A stretch of 64,000 bases of DNA. Source: a virus. Lineage: Duplodnaviria; Heunggongvirae; Uroviricota; Caudoviricetes. Location: IMG/VR virus record IMGVR_UViG_3300037419_003079; one strand, written 5' to 3'. A model generated the notes under the pieces. That model searched no databases and was not told the origin of the DNA. It was given only the letters and a program-made list of their open reading frames with translations. Within the stretch, counting starts at the first letter, position 1. Each line of letters starts with the position of its first letter. Shown here in pieces: positions 54,701-64,000 of this stretch. The translations under genes and the position numbers were made by a program.

Positions 54701-57700
54701 GAGGTATTATTAGGTAATACAAGAGCAGTAGTCGGTGGAAACCAAGTTTGGAAAATCAATGTTACGACAGGGCAAAAAGTTCAAGTAATTGACATTCCTT
54801 CTTCAAAACCTGCTGATGTCTCTATACACCCATCAGGAAATTACGCATATGTAACCGTTCAAGGTGATGATACTGTAGCACAGATTGACTTAGCTACTGA
54901 CTTATTAACCACAAATACATTAAGTGTAGGAAAAGGTCCTAATGTTATTAAGTGGGTAGGAATGAAGTTAATGGATATGAAACACTTCTTAGTCCTTAAC
55001 AGAGACCCTGATGATATGAATGTACCTGATACTTTAAATGTAATTGATTCACCTCCAACATCAGTTAACGCAGATTTATATGTTCATCACTTTATCCCAC
55101 TAGGAAACGGTCCTTATGATTTAGTCGTTGATGACAACATGCAAATCTATGTAACTATGGCTGATGATGGTGACATTGTAGTTATTGACGCTAGTGCACA
55201 TGATTCTTCTACTTGGAAAGTCAAAGGTAGACTACCAATCTCTGCATACGGAACTGATAACTATCATGGAGGACTACCTGCTAACTTTGGATTGAACGAA
55301 GTAACTGGTGGTGACGCTAGCTACCAATATAATGACGCAGGAATGGCAGGAATGGTAGATATGCCGGGTATGTCACATAGTCATGGTGGATACGGTACAT
55401 CAGATGGTTCATTAAAAACATATCAACCACATGGTATTGCATTAAGTTCAGACCCTAACCATTTATATGTAGTTGACAATAAAAATGGAGAATTAGTTGT
55501 AGTAGATAAACTAGGTAACGCACCATATAACGCATTAATAGGTACATCACCTAATGGTTCATTTTCATATGGAATGGATATGCACATGGATATGAGCAGT
55601 GGTGGAACTATGCCGGGAATGGATATGGGATTCGGTCCTAGCCCTGAGCACCTTAAAGAAATGGGTATAGCAAGTGGTGGAGGTCCGGGAACATACCATG
55701 TAAGATATAGAATACCAGTTGGTGACTCACCTGATTTCATCGAAATAATAAACGGTAAAATCTTCGTAACATTAGAAGGCACTGGTGATATTGCTATTAT
55801 TGACGAGCAAAAGATTCTTGACGAGATAGCACTTGATAAGGCTTACTACGGTAACTTCGTTGAAGGTGGAGTATTCGAGAAGTGGAATGTATTCCAACCA
55901 ATGAGAGATGTTAACGCTATTCCTGTTAGAACAATATCTGTAGGTTCTAAACCATCATTTACTGATGTTGCTAATGGAAAGTTATTCGTTTCACTATCAG
56001 GTCAAAACCAAGTGGCTGTAATTAATCCTACTACAGAAACAGTAACTCAGTACATTAATACTGGTGCTAATCCAAAAGGTTTCGCTTTCACACCTGACAA
56101 CCAATATATGTATGTTGCTAACTTTGGTGGTTCAGGAGACCTGTCAATGGTTTATCCTAAAGGAGAATACATTGGTGACGCTTTCTTAGGTCTAGAAGGT
56201 GGGGTAGTATACCAAGGTGCAGAATGGTGGACTCCTGATAGAAGCGATTGGGTGTATGACGCTAGTGGAAATGTTAAGTCAAGGTCTACTGTAGAGTTTC
56301 GTATCAACGAACCATTCTTGAATGAGGGTGGATATGCAAAGCTTACTACTTTCGGAAAAGACTATCAATATGCACAAATTGAGCAAGACATTTACAATGT
56401 ATCAAACTACTCAAATGGTGATAATAAACTTAATGTTAAGGCAGAAAAGTTAATACAAGGAACTGGAACTGGAAATATATTTTATCCTAGAAATGAATGG
56501 TTAAACAGTCCTGTGCCAAGCAACATCAACATTGGTAATGTAGTGTCAGGAAGTACAATTTTAACTCCTGCAAACCCATCTAAGTACACTATTTATTACG
56601 GACAAAATGCAAGAATTGAGTTCTCTGCAAATACTCTTGTTAGTGGGAACTGGATTGAGGCAGATTATACTTGTAAGAATGACATATATTTCAAACCACA
56701 TAACGGTTCAGCACTTGTAGCTATCGAGAACGGTTCTTCTCCTAACTTCAATGTTACTATGGAAATAGATGAATTTGTTCCTAAGTTCGTTGTTTATGAC
56801 AATCAATTAACTGCTACTACATTCACACCAACAGCAGATGGTATAAACCAAACATACACAGGCTTAGAGTATTCTACTATAACGAATAGAGCATTAGGAA
56901 TGACTGTAACATCGTCAGTAGCACCAACTTCGGGAGGGGCACTATCTAAGATAGTAGACGGTGGAGAAGTAATGTCTGTTCATGGTGACAACACTGCTAA
57001 TCCTTTACCTTCTTCTACTGGAACTCTTACATTCCCATCAGGAAATCAATGGGTTAAAGTAGACCTTGGAAAAGTTTATATGGTAGGTATGATACAAGTT
57101 GCTCATAGTTATGGTCTTGATAGAGTATACCAAGGAACTAAAACTGAGGTTTCAGAAGATGGAGTTACTTGGACTACTATTTATGATAGTGCAGTATCAG
57201 GAACATATAGTGAAAAAATTTCTTACCATGCTCCTCATAACCATACGCATTACGCTAAAACTTTTACATTTGGTGCAAAACCAGTAAGATATGTACGAGA
57301 TTGGGCTAACGGTTGGAAAAGTGGAGATGGATTAACATCAGGAAGTACTAACAACTGGACAGAGATTCAAGTCTTTGGTGATTGGGAGTTAGAAAAAGGA
57401 TATACATATCCTGCAAACTCTGAATTAGCAGGTCAACAAATAGCTACCAACGGAAAAGGATTTGTATCTACAGACATATCTAAAGCATATATCGCAGTAG
57501 ACATTCCTATCGAATACACTACTTGGTGGTACATGTCATATATCGTAGGTCCTGACTTTGGTAGAATAAAAATTGATATGCCTACAGCTATGGGTGGAAG
57601 TCACTTCTTAGAGTTAGAATCTCCATTCGTTAACAAAGTAGCACACAGACATATCATGCCTTTCACTCCTTCTCAGAACATAAAAGCAAATGACGCTATG

Positions 57701-60307
57701 AATATAAAAGCAGGTAAACATAGAGCAGTAATCATGCAAGATAGTGGTAGAGTAACTGTAGATAGATTAAGGTTTGAGGACTACCAGTATCTTACAAGGT
57801 CATCTCTATTGATACCTTCTCAGTCAACATCTACTATTTTCAGAAGAAACAAACTTGTTGCAGAACAAGCAAAATGGTATCAAGGAATGGGAGTGCAGTC
57901 TACAGAAGGTGCATTTGATAAGCCTAGGGTAAACCCTGACACAGGTATTCCTGATAAGTCAGTGCCTATCAAATACAGAATGAGATTTAGAACTGAGTTA
58001 AATGCTAACGGAACTATTGAGGAACGAGGAACAGCATACTTCACTTCTGCAATCTTTGAAACTGGTAAACTTTCTACTCATTGGAGAAGGTCAGAATCGG
58101 TTGATAGCTACCCTGCTCACAAGATTGAGAAATGGGACGGAAACCAACCTCATAAAACTGGTATACAACATGACCACTTAGCCAACGGTGCTGTAAGAGG
58201 TACTAAGATTATGCCTAATACAATCATGGATTGGCATATCAGTAACTACGCTAGAATACAAGAGCATAAGTTGGAATTAAATCACCCAACACATGCACAC
58301 GGTAAGTATCAAGTTCTAGCAGGTCAAGGACCCATGGGAACAGACTTATATCTATGGAAAGACAACTCAGACTTGTTGAACTCTATGGACGGTTGGGCAG
58401 GAACTAGTGGAAACTACGGAACTGGAAATACAGTTTCTCGTGGAGACCATAAGCATGATGATTTGTATCTATCCTTAGCAACTGGTGGAGTAATGAAAGG
58501 ACACATAGATTTCGGTCCGAATAATGCACTAGGATTGAAGTTCGGGTCTGTTGCTAATGGTGCTGTAGGATATATTAGACAAAGTGCTACACAAGGTCAG
58601 TTAGACTTAGGCTCAGATGATTTAATTAATTTCTATGAATCAGACTCTAATACTCTAGCAGTTTCAATTTCTACTAATGGTAAAACATTAGACGCTAAGG
58701 GTGGTCTACTAGAAAATGGAGTTGCATTATCTAGTAAGTATGCACCAATAGCACATGTTGGCTCAGGTGGAAGTGCTCACGCAGTAGCAGTAAGTGGAGG
58801 AGCAAATGGATTTATTGACGGTGCTAACTATGGCAAGCTATTAAGAATCCAAGACAACGCAATCAACCAAACAACTGCTGATGGAAGATATATTCAGTTA
58901 AACGGTAGTACTGGCATACTTAGTGTTGGTGGTGGAGGAGGAGCATTAAGCCTTAAAGCAACATCTACAGACCATATCTATATGGCTATTTACGCAAGGT
59001 CAGGAAACTCTACTCGTTCAGGTTGGTTCGGATATGGAACTAATGGCAATAACACAATGCAAATCACTAATGAAACAAGTGGAAACATAAACATATCAAC
59101 AGTTGGTGGAGGATTAGTTCAAGTAAACGGAAGTACAATTTGGACTAGTGCTAATTTTGACCCTTCTACAAAATCAGATACTACTCATGTCCACGCAGTA
59201 GCAATAAGTGGTGGAGCGAACGGATTTATGAGTGGGTCAGACAAAGCTAAGTTAGATGGTGTTGCTACAAATGCAAACAATTATTCTCACCCTACAGGAG
59301 ATGGAAACCTTCATGTCCCTGCAACTAGCACAACTAACAGTAAAAAGGTATTAACAGCAGGAGCAACAGCAGGAAGTCTATCTTGGGCTAATGTAGATTA
59401 TGCAGATGTAATTAATAAACCTACTACATTTACACCTTCTGCACATACTCATACTGCTAGCAATATTACTGACTTATATAGCAATATCTACACTAAGACA
59501 GAGGTAGACACAGCAGTATCTAATGCAGGAGACATCAAAGCAGGTCAAGCTAACATATTTACTAACACTAATACATTTAACAAAGCAGGATTGGGAATTA
59601 AAATTCAGCCAAGTTCTAGCGTAGCTAATAGCACTAAGTTATTCCAAATTAATAATGCTACTAGTTCAGAAGTATTCTCAGTAAACTATTCAGGTGGTGT
59701 AGTAATAGCAGGAGATTTCACTGTTACTGGTCAACAAATCATTAGTGGTACTACAAATGTAAATGGTGACTATACAATTAGTGGTCAACTAATAGTTGGA
59801 GGAAACTCTACCCTAGGTGACGCTAGTACAGATGTAACGACTGTAAACGGAACTCTTAAAGTACAGAATGGCTCTATTCAAGAAATTGGAAAATATAACG
59901 AAGTACACAGAAGACCGATTTACGGTATTGGAGGAGACCTTCAATTCCAAACTGATAGCACTGTGTTTGATGACATCACAGATTACTACGATTTAAGTTC
60001 TTATGCTCTACCTACAGTTCAAGCAGGTGCTACAAGATATTATCGCTTATATGTAGTTTACAGTGATGATATTACAAGTGCTCAACAAACTGGTGGACAA
60101 AAGGCAACGATAAGAATTGCAGGAGCAACAAATAAGGACTTAGATTTACCGATAACATTCGGATTGGTAAATGGCAGGAGAGATTGGTTTAGTGCTTACT
60201 TCACTGACCTACCAACAGGTAATGGTAAGATTCAAGCTAAACTTGCATTGGCAAACAACAATCTTGGTATTAGATGGATTGAACTTGTGGCTTACGATAA
60301 ATTTTAA
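51755..60307 (+). CDS. giant multi-domain tail fibre/receptor-binding protein (2,850 aa)
   Basis: 47 tandem decapeptide repeats (HISANAIQSQ-type); a PA14 domain (GLLGQYFTYNS ... FSVRWQGFIYAPETGTYSFHL ... DDLGKVVVNN); YVTN beta-propeller-like repeats; Met-rich MDMHMDM/MPGMDMGFGP motifs; a discoidin/F5_F8-C-like domain (VDLGKVYMVGMIQVAHSY); C-terminal HxH fibre repeats (HVHAVAISGGANGF, SAHTHTASNITDL). Confidence 0.85.
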   Translation: MSKFNNRYLKYSTNTNDTYADYGEVVSVISDKIVNLDMGGTGYILEAVNCDNSYIPKLGDWATVEWRNGQPLAKGGTSMSTGLRDINDNVTIISTSDIASGVVNSDHIRTNTIEARHITAESIQANHISANSINANHITANAITTVQLSANSITTDKIQAGAIQAQNIQAGAIGATQISANSINATHITANAIQTQHISANAIQAGQISANAIQTQHISANTITASQIKVDAINASHISANSITSSEISANAIQSVHISSNAINSNHINAGTINSGHISANAIQSQHISANSIDASHIKAGVINATLISANAVQAQHISAGSITSTHISANAIQSQHISANSIQTNHISANSITASKISSDSIFGYHIVANNITASHITANAIQAQHISANSVQSAHISAGSINAGHIVSNAIQSNHISANSIQASHITANAIQTQHISANTIVGSQIKADTISGNHITANTIQGKHIQADTISGNHITANSIDTKHVKAGSITATQISANSITSSHISANSVQSQHISANSIQSSHISANSINAGHIIANSIQSSHISANSIQSGHISANSIQTQHISANTITGGMIKSNEISGNHIQAGSVDTDHLTVGSRKEGLLGQYFTYNSASGNSKFQVYKGSQIDPTINFSWGTGSPAIVGQNDSFSVRWQGFIYAPETGTYSFHLTADDLGKVVVNNTVVVNQLSYSGGVEQTGTISLTQGNWYPFLAEMTEGTSGAMAIVKWTKPSLVKEVVPSKYYTQGNTVIDGQTITTGSITASAIQAGTITAQSGILANAVIQTANIADGAITNAKIGNAEIKTANIASGNITNALIQDATIQYAKIASVNADTITVGKITGTQISGSTIEGQNIKGNTISGNHIVANSIDSLHIKAGAITTTELSAQSITSDKIQAGSITADSIRVGSIRAEHISTVGLDANIVSVYNPTTGQTLIGGGYLRVDGLDVGVVQSDNLVGNGLFLTASSAFGSKRDNPYGEVLLGNTRAVVGGNQVWKINVTTGQKVQVIDIPSSKPADVSIHPSGNYAYVTVQGDDTVAQIDLATDLLTTNTLSVGKGPNVIKWVGMKLMDMKHFLVLNRDPDDMNVPDTLNVIDSPPTSVNADLYVHHFIPLGNGPYDLVVDDNMQIYVTMADDGDIVVIDASAHDSSTWKVKGRLPISAYGTDNYHGGLPANFGLNEVTGGDASYQYNDAGMAGMVDMPGMSHSHGGYGTSDGSLKTYQPHGIALSSDPNHLYVVDNKNGELVVVDKLGNAPYNALIGTSPNGSFSYGMDMHMDMSSGGTMPGMDMGFGPSPEHLKEMGIASGGGPGTYHVRYRIPVGDSPDFIEIINGKIFVTLEGTGDIAIIDEQKILDEIALDKAYYGNFVEGGVFEKWNVFQPMRDVNAIPVRTISVGSKPSFTDVANGKLFVSLSGQNQVAVINPTTETVTQYINTGANPKGFAFTPDNQYMYVANFGGSGDLSMVYPKGEYIGDAFLGLEGGVVYQGAEWWTPDRSDWVYDASGNVKSRSTVEFRINEPFLNEGGYAKLTTFGKDYQYAQIEQDIYNVSNYSNGDNKLNVKAEKLIQGTGTGNIFYPRNEWLNSPVPSNINIGNVVSGSTILTPANPSKYTIYYGQNARIEFSANTLVSGNWIEADYTCKNDIYFKPHNGSALVAIENGSSPNFNVTMEIDEFVPKFVVYDNQLTATTFTPTADGINQTYTGLEYSTITNRALGMTVTSSVAPTSGGALSKIVDGGEVMSVHGDNTANPLPSSTGTLTFPSGNQWVKVDLGKVYMVGMIQVAHSYGLDRVYQGTKTEVSEDGVTWTTIYDSAVSGTYSEKISYHAPHNHTHYAKTFTFGAKPVRYVRDWANGWKSGDGLTSGSTNNWTEIQVFGDWELEKGYTYPANSELAGQQIATNGKGFVSTDISKAYIAVDIPIEYTTWWYMSYIVGPDFGRIKIDMPTAMGGSHFLELESPFVNKVAHRHIMPFTPSQNIKANDAMNIKAGKHRAVIMQDSGRVTVDRLRFEDYQYLTRSSLLIPSQSTSTIFRRNKLVAEQAKWYQGMGVQSTEGAFDKPRVNPDTGIPDKSVPIKYRMRFRTELNANGTIEERGTAYFTSAIFETGKLSTHWRRSESVDSYPAHKIEKWDGNQPHKTGIQHDHLANGAVRGTKIMPNTIMDWHISNYARIQEHKLELNHPTHAHGKYQVLAGQGPMGTDLYLWKDNSDLLNSMDGWAGTSGNYGTGNTVSRGDHKHDDLYLSLATGGVMKGHIDFGPNNALGLKFGSVANGAVGYIRQSATQGQLDLGSDDLINFYESDSNTLAVSISTNGKTLDAKGGLLENGVALSSKYAPIAHVGSGGSAHAVAVSGGANGFIDGANYGKLLRIQDNAINQTTADGRYIQLNGSTGILSVGGGGGALSLKATSTDHIYMAIYARSGNSTRSGWFGYGTNGNNTMQITNETSGNINISTVGGGLVQVNGSTIWTSANFDPSTKSDTTHVHAVAISGGANGFMSGSDKAKLDGVATNANNYSHPTGDGNLHVPATSTTNSKKVLTAGATAGSLSWANVDYADVINKPTTFTPSAHTHTASNITDLYSNIYTKTEVDTAVSNAGDIKAGQANIFTNTNTFNKAGLGIKIQPSSSVANSTKLFQINNATSSEVFSVNYSGGVVIAGDFTVTGQQIISGTTNVNGDYTISGQLIVGGNSTLGDASTDVTTVNGTLKVQNGSIQEIGKYNEVHRRPIYGIGGDLQFQTDSTVFDDITDYYDLSSYALPTVQAGATRYYRLYVVYSDDITSAQQTGGQKATIRIAGATNKDLDLPITFGLVNGRRDWFSAYFTDLPTGNGKIQAKLALANNNLGIRWIELVAYDKF
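52070..53550 (+). repeat. about 47 tandem 30-bp (decapeptide) coding repeats within the giant fibre gene
   Basis: Periodic xIxANxIQxx units create low-complexity spurious ORFs in other frames (52139..52345, 52845..53039, 53046..53486, 53069..53305). Confidence 0.85.
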
Positions 60308-60319
60308 GGAGTGAGATAG

Positions 60320-62794
60320 ATGGCAAAGTACTATGACATAGATAATGATGTAAGAATAAATGGCAAGCTAACTGTCAATGGGGATACTACTATCCCCTCC
60401 TCCTTTAATTTATTAGTAGGAGGAAATATAACAGGAAACACTATAAGTGGTGGAACAATACAAGCGTCCACTATTAATGGAACGAATGCTACACTAACTA
60501 ATGTTACTTCATCAGGAACAGTATCAGGAAGTTCAATAAAGGGTGACGGTTCAACATTAGTTGTTAATAGCGTCACTGCAAATGGTGGTAATGTTCCAAT
60601 ATCAAATGGTTGGGCATACACACATGAAAATAAAACTGGTGCACTTGGTCATATCCCGAATGGAGGAAGTGCAACAACTTTCCTTCGTGGAGATGGAACT
60701 TGGGCAACTCCTACAGACACAGACACCTATGTAAATGGTTTATCAAGTACAGCAGGAGGCAATGGAACTCTTACTGTAAGCAGAAATACTGGTGGAAATT
60801 TAACAATAAATTTATCTCATACCCACCCATTCAGCCAAGTAACAAGCACACCAACAACATTGAGTGGTTATGGTATTACGGATAGTGCACCTAAGTATAT
60901 AGCCTCAAACGGTACAGCATATGGAAGATTCACTGAGACAGGATTTACTCCACTACCTATGTTTGGAGATGAAATACGATTTAGAAAGCCTACTTTAGTT
61001 GAATATTTTGATGGAAGTTCTTGGGTAACTTGGTCAACAACTGCATTTGATATACTTACAGATGGAAAAGGGAATACAAGTGTTAATATAGATTATACAC
61101 ATAAAAATTTCAGGGTAACATATGATGTTGACGCTTATAATGGTGCAGACTTAATTTGGGTTTCATCTGCCTATAATGCTCCGGGTGGAACTCTACTTAT
61201 TGAGTCAACTAGTGACAATTGGGCAACAACAAATGTTCGCAGTAGCAATTCTCCTTTGGGGGCTTATTGGCGATACACATCAATGGCAAGTGTCTCAGGT
61301 GATACAAAAGTTAGATTTACATTTGACTGTGGTTTGTCCAGTGGAAATACCTTCAACTTAAACCAAATAATGATGATGACAAGTAGACCAGCAGAGCAGG
61401 GTGGCTCTATGGAGACTTTATTCCCTTTTGTTTGGGATATAAATAAAAATTTATCAACAGTAGGAAATATAACTGCTAATAGTTTTACTGGTAGTGGAAA
61501 CAGTCTAACTGTAAGTGGAACTCCTGCTAATGGAAGTTTGAACCCTATAAATTCAGGTTGGGCTTACACTCATACAAATACTACTGGAATAGGTTCACAT
61601 GTTCCTACAGGTGGAACAACGAGCAACTTCCTTCGTGGAGATGGAACTTGGCAAATACCTGTAGATACAAATAACTATCTAACAGGAGTATCAAGCACAG
61701 CAGGTGGAAATGGTACTATAACATTTACTAGACAAGGATTATCAAGTCTTACCCTAGACGCAAGCCATACTCATTCTCAATATGTTCTAAATAACACTGA
61801 TAATCAAGTGATGAACACTGGATTGAATGTTAAAGGTAATATGTTTGTTGGTACTACTGGAACAGCAGGAAGTCTTTATGTTAGAAACTCTAGTAATACG
61901 AATGTAATTCAACTAGTTGGAGATACAAGTGCGAAAGGTGCAGGGATAAAAGCACAAATTAATGCAAATGGTGACGCTATATTTGATGGTATTCTTAGTG
62001 GTAATTCATTAAAAGTCACTGATACTACTATAGTATCAAACTTAAATGCAGAAATGGTTGGGGGAACAAAAGAATCCAAAATAGCTAAGAATCTAAGTAT
62101 ACGAGAATTAGGTGGAAGTGGAGTATTCACAGGATTAAATATTACTCAGCAAACAGTTCCTAATATGACAGTGTTAATAAATTCAGGTGTCGTATACACT
62201 GACACTGGAATGAGAGTTGATATACCTAATACAAGTATATCTCTAGCTACTTCGAGTGCTACATATGATAGAAAAGATGTCATATATATTCAAGGTTCTA
62301 GTGCAGGTGCTAATGAAGGTGTTCCAACAGTTGCAACTGGTACTCCTGCCTCAACACCTATTGAACCATCAATACCTTCTGACGCTATTAAATTAGCAGT
62401 TGTTTCTGTTCTTAGAAACATAGGTAGCATACAAGATGTTCACATAACTGACACAAGAGTTTGGAAGATGTTGAGATATAGAAGTACAACAAATGATTTA
62501 TGTGTAGAGAAATTATCTCCAAATATATATTCTTCAAATGTCGCTACAGCTAATTTCGATAAGCCTATAAAAGGTTCAACATTCGCAAGTTCTATTGTTA
62601 TAACAGCAGGAAATACATCTGCAACATGGAATCATAATCTTGGATTAGGAACTAATTACACAATAACATTCTCATGGAACAATGCAGAACCTCATGTGTA
62701 CTGGTCAAATAAAGCCACTAATTCAATAGTGTTAAACCTTGATGATATATGTGAGTCAGATGTGACAATCGACTGTCAGATAATGGCATATTAA
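60320..62794 (+). CDS. tail fibre protein with internally duplicated HxH fibre-repeat module
   Basis: 824 aa. Duplicated ~80-aa module NGWAYTH.N.TG ... FLRGDGTW ... SSTAGGNGT ... SHTH at aa ~95-175 and ~410-490. Confidence 0.8.
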   Translation: MAKYYDIDNDVRINGKLTVNGDTTIPSSFNLLVGGNITGNTISGGTIQASTINGTNATLTNVTSSGTVSGSSIKGDGSTLVVNSVTANGGNVPISNGWAYTHENKTGALGHIPNGGSATTFLRGDGTWATPTDTDTYVNGLSSTAGGNGTLTVSRNTGGNLTINLSHTHPFSQVTSTPTTLSGYGITDSAPKYIASNGTAYGRFTETGFTPLPMFGDEIRFRKPTLVEYFDGSSWVTWSTTAFDILTDGKGNTSVNIDYTHKNFRVTYDVDAYNGADLIWVSSAYNAPGGTLLIESTSDNWATTNVRSSNSPLGAYWRYTSMASVSGDTKVRFTFDCGLSSGNTFNLNQIMMMTSRPAEQGGSMETLFPFVWDINKNLSTVGNITANSFTGSGNSLTVSGTPANGSLNPINSGWAYTHTNTTGIGSHVPTGGTTSNFLRGDGTWQIPVDTNNYLTGVSSTAGGNGTITFTRQGLSSLTLDASHTHSQYVLNNTDNQVMNTGLNVKGNMFVGTTGTAGSLYVRNSSNTNVIQLVGDTSAKGAGIKAQINANGDAIFDGILSGNSLKVTDTTIVSNLNAEMVGGTKESKIAKNLSIRELGGSGVFTGLNITQQTVPNMTVLINSGVVYTDTGMRVDIPNTSISLATSSATYDRKDVIYIQGSSAGANEGVPTVATGTPASTPIEPSIPSDAIKLAVVSVLRNIGSIQDVHITDTRVWKMLRYRSTTNDLCVEKLSPNIYSSNVATANFDKPIKGSTFASSIVITAGNTSATWNHNLGLGTNYTITFSWNNAEPHVYWSNKATNSIVLNLDDICESDVTIDCQIMAY

Positions 62795-62843
62795 TAAAAG
62801 CCCCTTCGGGGGCAAACGTATAAAAAATTAGGAGGAGAATAAA

Positions 62844-64000
62844 ATGTCTAACGCACATAAAGGTAGTAAGTTGATTCTTAAAGACCAAGTTATAGCAGTG
62901 CCTTTTAACTCTACACACTTTGACTATAATATGGACGCAACTGGAATACAATACGGTGACTTAGTAGAACCTACCGTTAGTTCTGTTTACACATTAAGAC
63001 CAAATGAAGGTAGGTTTGGTGTTGGCGTATCGGTAGAACAAGGAACTACAAATCTTTGGACAGGAATAATAAATTCTTATAACAACTATGCTACAAGTGG
63101 TAATATGACTCACACACTTGTACCATTAACTGAAACATATATGGGTCAAACAATATATCGCTTGACGATGACACCTGTATCAGCAAACGCTTTGTCCCAT
63201 GTACAAACGACATTAAGTGGTCATGGTGTAATGGGTTCAACTGGATTCAACTACCTGTCAGGTAATACATATATGACATCTATATATTGGAGACCAGTTA
63301 ACAAATCAGATATTTCAGTAGGAGGGACAGCTTCAAATATAGCAGGTTGGACAGATGTAGGGACACAACAATTAAATAATAATTGGAACAGAAGTGTTTC
63401 TAAATGGTTCGACACAACAAATAGGACTGATGGAAAATATTGGTCGTTCAAATGTCCATCAGCAATTGCTAATGAACCTATTATAATAGACTGGACTTGT
63501 CCTCAAATAGAACAAAAAACATATCCTACATCTTATGTCTTAGGAACAAGAGCCAATGGATTGTTGTCTTACCCAAAAGAAGTTGTAAATACTGATGAAG
63601 GTTGTATATCCTTTTGGCTCTATGCTAGTACGCTTGGAAATTCAAATGGAAGTTCATACCCTGTATTCAGTTCGGGTATAGATAATGGTTGTTTTGATTT
63701 CCTGATAGATAAAACAGGTGGGCATTATTTGAGAGTATACAACACAGTAGGTGGAGCAAACACTCAATTGCAACCCACGCTTACATATGACGCATGGAAT
63801 CATATAGTTGTATATTGGAAAAAGAATGTAGAGGTAGGAATCTATGTTAATGGTGTTTTAAACAAGAATAGTGTTTCTCCTGTTGATTGGTCTACAAATT
63901 ATAACAACAATTCAACTGGTTTCTATGTTGGTTCAGGAATAAGGTCTAATCCTCAAATAATTGTCTCAGACTTAAAAATAGATAAAAAAATGCCTACAGC
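62844..64000 (+). CDS. lectin-like (ConA/LamG-fold) tail fibre/receptor-binding protein, 3'-truncated by window end
   Basis: ATG at 62844 with an AGGAGGAG RBS. Open to the window end (385+ aa). YDAWNHIVVYW ... VNGVL motif typical of the concanavalin-like lectin/glucanase fold. Confidence 0.65.
   Translation, partial: MSNAHKGSKLILKDQVIAVPFNSTHFDYNMDATGIQYGDLVEPTVSSVYTLRPNEGRFGVGVSVEQGTTNLWTGIINSYNNYATSGNMTHTLVPLTETYMGQTIYRLTMTPVSANALSHVQTTLSGHGVMGSTGFNYLSGNTYMTSIYWRPVNKSDISVGGTASNIAGWTDVGTQQLNNNWNRSVSKWFDTTNRTDGKYWSFKCPSAIANEPIIIDWTCPQIEQKTYPTSYVLGTRANGLLSYPKEVVNTDEGCISFWLYASTLGNSNGSSYPVFSSGIDNGCFDFLIDKTGGHYLRVYNTVGGANTQLQPTLTYDAWNHIVVYWKKNVEVGIYVNGVLNKNSVSPVDWSTNYNNNSTGFYVGSGIRSNPQIIVSDLKIDKKMPT

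Overview
This window looks like a contiguous piece of a low-GC, Firmicutes-type tailed phage, probably a large Bacillus-like siphovirus (inference from AGGAGG ribosome-binding sites and TTGACA/TATAAT promoters; no database search was done). It is not a cellular chromosome. Positions 1-17,400 hold an early or accessory arm transcribed almost entirely on the minus strand. About 14 short transcription units each sit behind a near-consensus sigma-A promoter with an unusually conserved extended -35 (CCTTGACTTT-17-TATAAT on the minus strand), and most end in rho-independent terminators. Genes that can be named in this arm are: thymidine kinase, thymidylate synthase with dihydrofolate reductase, a P-loop (d)NMP/polynucleotide-type kinase, a nucleoside 2-deoxyribosyltransferase-like protein, a DHH/DHHA1 phosphoesterase, a micrococcal-nuclease-like protein, a PQ-loop membrane protein, a cupin, a metallo-beta-lactamase-fold hydrolase, a calcineurin-like metallophosphoesterase, two ClpP-like serine proteases (one sits in an NfeD/STOPP-stomatin-like cassette with an SPFH lipoprotein), a 3D-domain protein and a SLOG/DUF2493 protein. 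One tRNA-Trp(CCA) sits next to a 520-nt GC-rich, ORF-free, structured segment, and a second ~300-nt such segment lies nearby. At 17,400-20,600 there is a plus-strand S1-domain gene with divergent promoters, an AT-rich (TA)n region, a phage sigma-70-family factor gene that overlaps convergently with an Xer-like tyrosine recombinase gene, and a GGCTAT-repeat/poly-C element. From 20,583 to the end runs a plus-strand late morphogenesis operon: small and large terminase, a portal fused to a Mu-F-like domain, scaffold, major capsid protein, connector and tail proteins, a 3,068-aa tape measure carrying lytic transglycosylase + 2x PG-binding + NlpC/P60 + SH3b domains (implying a tail of roughly 450 nm), distal tail proteins, a 2,850-aa multi-domain fibre (47 decapeptide repeats, PA14, beta-propeller, Met-rich motifs, discoidin-like and HxH fibre repeats), an 824-aa fibre and a partial lectin-like receptor-binding protein. 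No CRISPR array, transposase or reverse transcriptase was seen.
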